From: Mobula hypostoma
Taxonomy: Eukaryota
Direction: 5' to 3'
Assembly: GCF_963921235.1 (NCBI RefSeq)
Contig: NC_086097.1
Coordinates: 58,344,001 to 58,408,000 of the forward strand
DNA length: 64,000 nucleotides
Part shown: piece by piece, positions 61,297 through 64,000 of the stretch
Position numbering within the stretch: position 1 is the stretch's first letter
Layout: every line of letters begins with the position of its first letter
Made by a program: the position numbers and the translations under genes
Notes under the pieces: generated by a model
Databases searched by the model: none
Seen by the model: the letters and a program-made list of their open reading frames with translations, nothing else
What the model was told of the DNA's origin: nothing

Positions 61297-64000
61297 TGAA
61301 TTGAATTGAAAATACACATGGACTAAGATGTTAACTGTCCTGTGCTATCCCCAGTGAGATCATCAGTTGATCTGCCACCTGTCTTCAGGAGTTTTGGCCC
61401 GCTTATGATCAAGACTCCCTCAAGGTGGTGGGCCAGCAGTGCTAAAGCACCACCTCCCACTGGTGAGCTTAAAATCTTGGCATCTGCCTCTATCAGAGTT
61501 GTTGGGTCGCTTCTATTCAACAGATAGTCTACTCTTCAGGTGTCTATGCAACTACTGAAGGGTTCGCAAAAGATGTAGACACTGTCCAACTATCTGCCCC
61601 TCTGGGCGTACTTGGCCCACACCCATAATGATCCTGTCTCTGCTGCCTCAGCTACAGCCTGCTAGATGACTTGATCTCTCTCCTAGTGAAGTCAAGATCA
61701 CGCAGCCACTTCTGGAAAGTGAATGCAATAAAGCCACGGCAGCCTACTTCAAATGGATAGCATGAGACCTTCCACCCTCTGTCTGTGCACTCTAATCTTA
61801 ATTCTGCATACCTGGTTAACTTGCGCCCATGGGCTTCATCGATGTTGTCTTCCCAGGGGTCTGTGAGTTCACCAGTAACCACTTCTCTACTGGTGTCAGA
61901 CCATATCATTATATTTGGACGCAATGTTGTGAAAGCTATTTGTTCCGGGAAACTGCCTTTCCCATCCAGGTCGGCCTTGACAAACCAATCATTGGCTGAA
62001 GAAAGTATGCTTGATCGTGGGCTTGCGCTGTGCACCCTTGACTTGGAGCCTTCTTTCACAAATGATATGCGGTGTTCTGTGCAGCATGGGGCATGAGACA
62101 AGTTGTGCTGCAGTACTCTCTGCTGAACCGCTTCTGTTACAACTTTGAGACCATTGTTATGTCTTCACGTGTACATGCTGCTGGAAAGATTGACTCTGCA
62201 TGGACTCAAAATCGGTTGAAGTGTTCCTTTCTCGCCACAAGCAGCACACTTGTCTGTCTTGGCTTCATACCAGGTACTGAGGTTGGCAGGTGTTGGGAGC
62301 AGATCATACGCTGCTCTGCATAGAAAAGAAGTGTGGAGTGGTTCCATCTGCCACAGAACATTCCAAGATAGATGATGTTGTTCAACATTTTCCCACCAGG
62401 TTCCACCCCCTTGTTTGGCCAGGCTAGCTGTTTTAGCTAACCTCTTCTCCTCTTCTTCCTCTCGTTTTCCTTGCATTACAAGCTCATGGCGCTCCTTACC
62501 TATAGAAGATGACCACCACTTGTGGGTTGTCCATCCAAGTCCCTGGCGGCCTAGCTGGGTAGCCCCAACCATCTCTTTGTGCTTCAATCTAGACTTTGCC
62601 TCATCAACTGCTACATGGGCTGACCATTTCCTGCCTGATCTGACATCCGCCTGGGTGTTCTTGATGACAGGGTCTTTTGAGCCTCAAAACATCAAGAATA
62701 ATCTTACCTTGGCTACCTTGACCTCTTTAACAAGGGATTGCACTGGGGTGGTAAGCTTTGTCTGGCTACGGTGGATTGCAACATTGGTGAAGCTGCTCGG
62801 TACTCCAAGCCACTTCTTCACATACTTGTTGATCTTCCGTTCCATTGCCTCAACATGGGACATTGCCACTTCATAGACAGTTAGTGGCCATAGTATCCAT
62901 GGCATCAGTCCGTACTGCAAGCACCACAACTTCAACTTGCCAGGCAAGCCACACTTGTCGACAGACATCGGGCCTCTGCTGATCTGTTCTCCTGTCTCTT
63001 GAACCCTCCTGGTGTCTCTCAGCTCCTCTGTGTACCATCCCCCGAGGCTCATAACTGGTTGGTCCTGAATGGATGGAATCTCCTCTCCACAAAGGGTGAA
63101 ATGAAAGTCAACCTGCTTTCCTCTCCTAAGAACAAGGCTCCTTGACTTCTTGGTCTTGAACTTTATTCTTCCCCATCCATTAGCTCCTTGAGTCTAGATG
63201 GTACACTTTCCACCGCCTCCATGCTAGGACCCAAAAGGGTGAGATCATCCATGAACGCTCGTATTGGTGGTAACTCCCCTCTGCCATCAAGGGCAACACC
63301 TTGTCCCACTGATTCTGCAGCCCTCAAAATGACCTCCATGGCTAACACAAAAAGGATGCGTGAAACTGCACATCCCATTGGGATTCCAACATCCAAGCCC
63401 TGCCATCTAGTTGTAAACTGCTGAGTGGAAAACCTCATCCGGAAATCGTTGTAGTACTGCATAACAAAGTTCCTCACTTTAGCAGGAATCCATAAGAATT
63501 CTATTGCAAACTCAATCAGGGCATGGGAAACAGAACCATATGCATTTGCAAGATCAAGCCAAAATACAGCCAGATTTCTTCTCAACCTTTCCGACCTGGA
63601 TGGTATGCCATATCATCCTAGTATGTTCAAGGCATCCTGGGAAGCCTGGTACTCCTGCCTTCTGCACAGATGTATTTACCAGTCCATTCTCTATCACAAA
63701 TGAAGATATTCTTTCTGCCAGAATGCCAAACATAATCTTCCCCTCTACATTCAGGAGTGAAATTGGTCGGAACTGATTCAATGTAGTAGAATTCTCTTCC
63801 TTTGGGATGTATACTCCTTCAGCCTCACTCCATGACAAAGGAACAATACTTTGTCTCCACACCACCTTTAACAATCTCCACAAGTATTTTCTCAGCTCTT
63901 CACGCTTCTTGAACACATTATACGGCACTCCATTAGGTCCTGGCACTGAACCTGACCTTGCCTTTCTGATGAACCATTCGACTTCTGCCAGTTTGGGTTC
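61297..64000 (-). mobile_element. HERO-like non-LTR retrotransposon with restriction-like endonuclease, decayed; runs past the window edge
   Basis: RT motifs PGPNG, FRPISLLN, WLDLANAYGSV, GIPMGCAVS and FMDD. CCHC remnant CAACGEKGTLQPILSPC. RLE-like RPNIMIW...GELTDPWEDNIDEAHGRKLTRY...PFEVGCRGF. 3' tail (ttcaa)n at ~61297-61311. Confidence 0.85.

Noticed and set aside
42586..64000. Next DAAM1 coding exon (expected to begin DELDL...)
   Set aside because: Not found by eye or in the ORF track. It probably lies beyond the window, though a short exon could have been missed.

Overview
Eukaryotic, repeat-rich vertebrate genomic DNA. The repeat families (CR1, Rex1/Babar, tRNA-derived V-SINE/HE1-like, Penelope with GIY-YIG tails) suggest a cartilaginous fish, probably a ray; this is inference from repeat content only. 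The only host coding sequence I can support is the first coding exon of the formin gene DAAM1 (+ strand, exon 42364-42585). The rest is most likely its large flanking introns, and the next coding exon was not found in the window. Nearly all other ORFs are decayed transposon fragments or spurious. The most notable non-obvious structures are: (1) a non-autonomous Helitron at 1-1270 with a hairpin+CTAG 3' end, carrying a decayed ORF of 23-aa STPR-like repeats; (2) Penelope-like tails carrying minimal type-I hammerhead ribozymes, including a ribozyme-only 133-bp insertion and fold-back palindromes whose junctions fall inside the ribozyme; (3) nested composites (hAT > TIR element > Tigger end; Penelope > Gypsy > two tail-to-tail CR1); (4) a HERO-like restriction-endonuclease LINE at the right edge. 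Family names come from recalled motifs, not database searches, and boundaries of old repeats are approximate.
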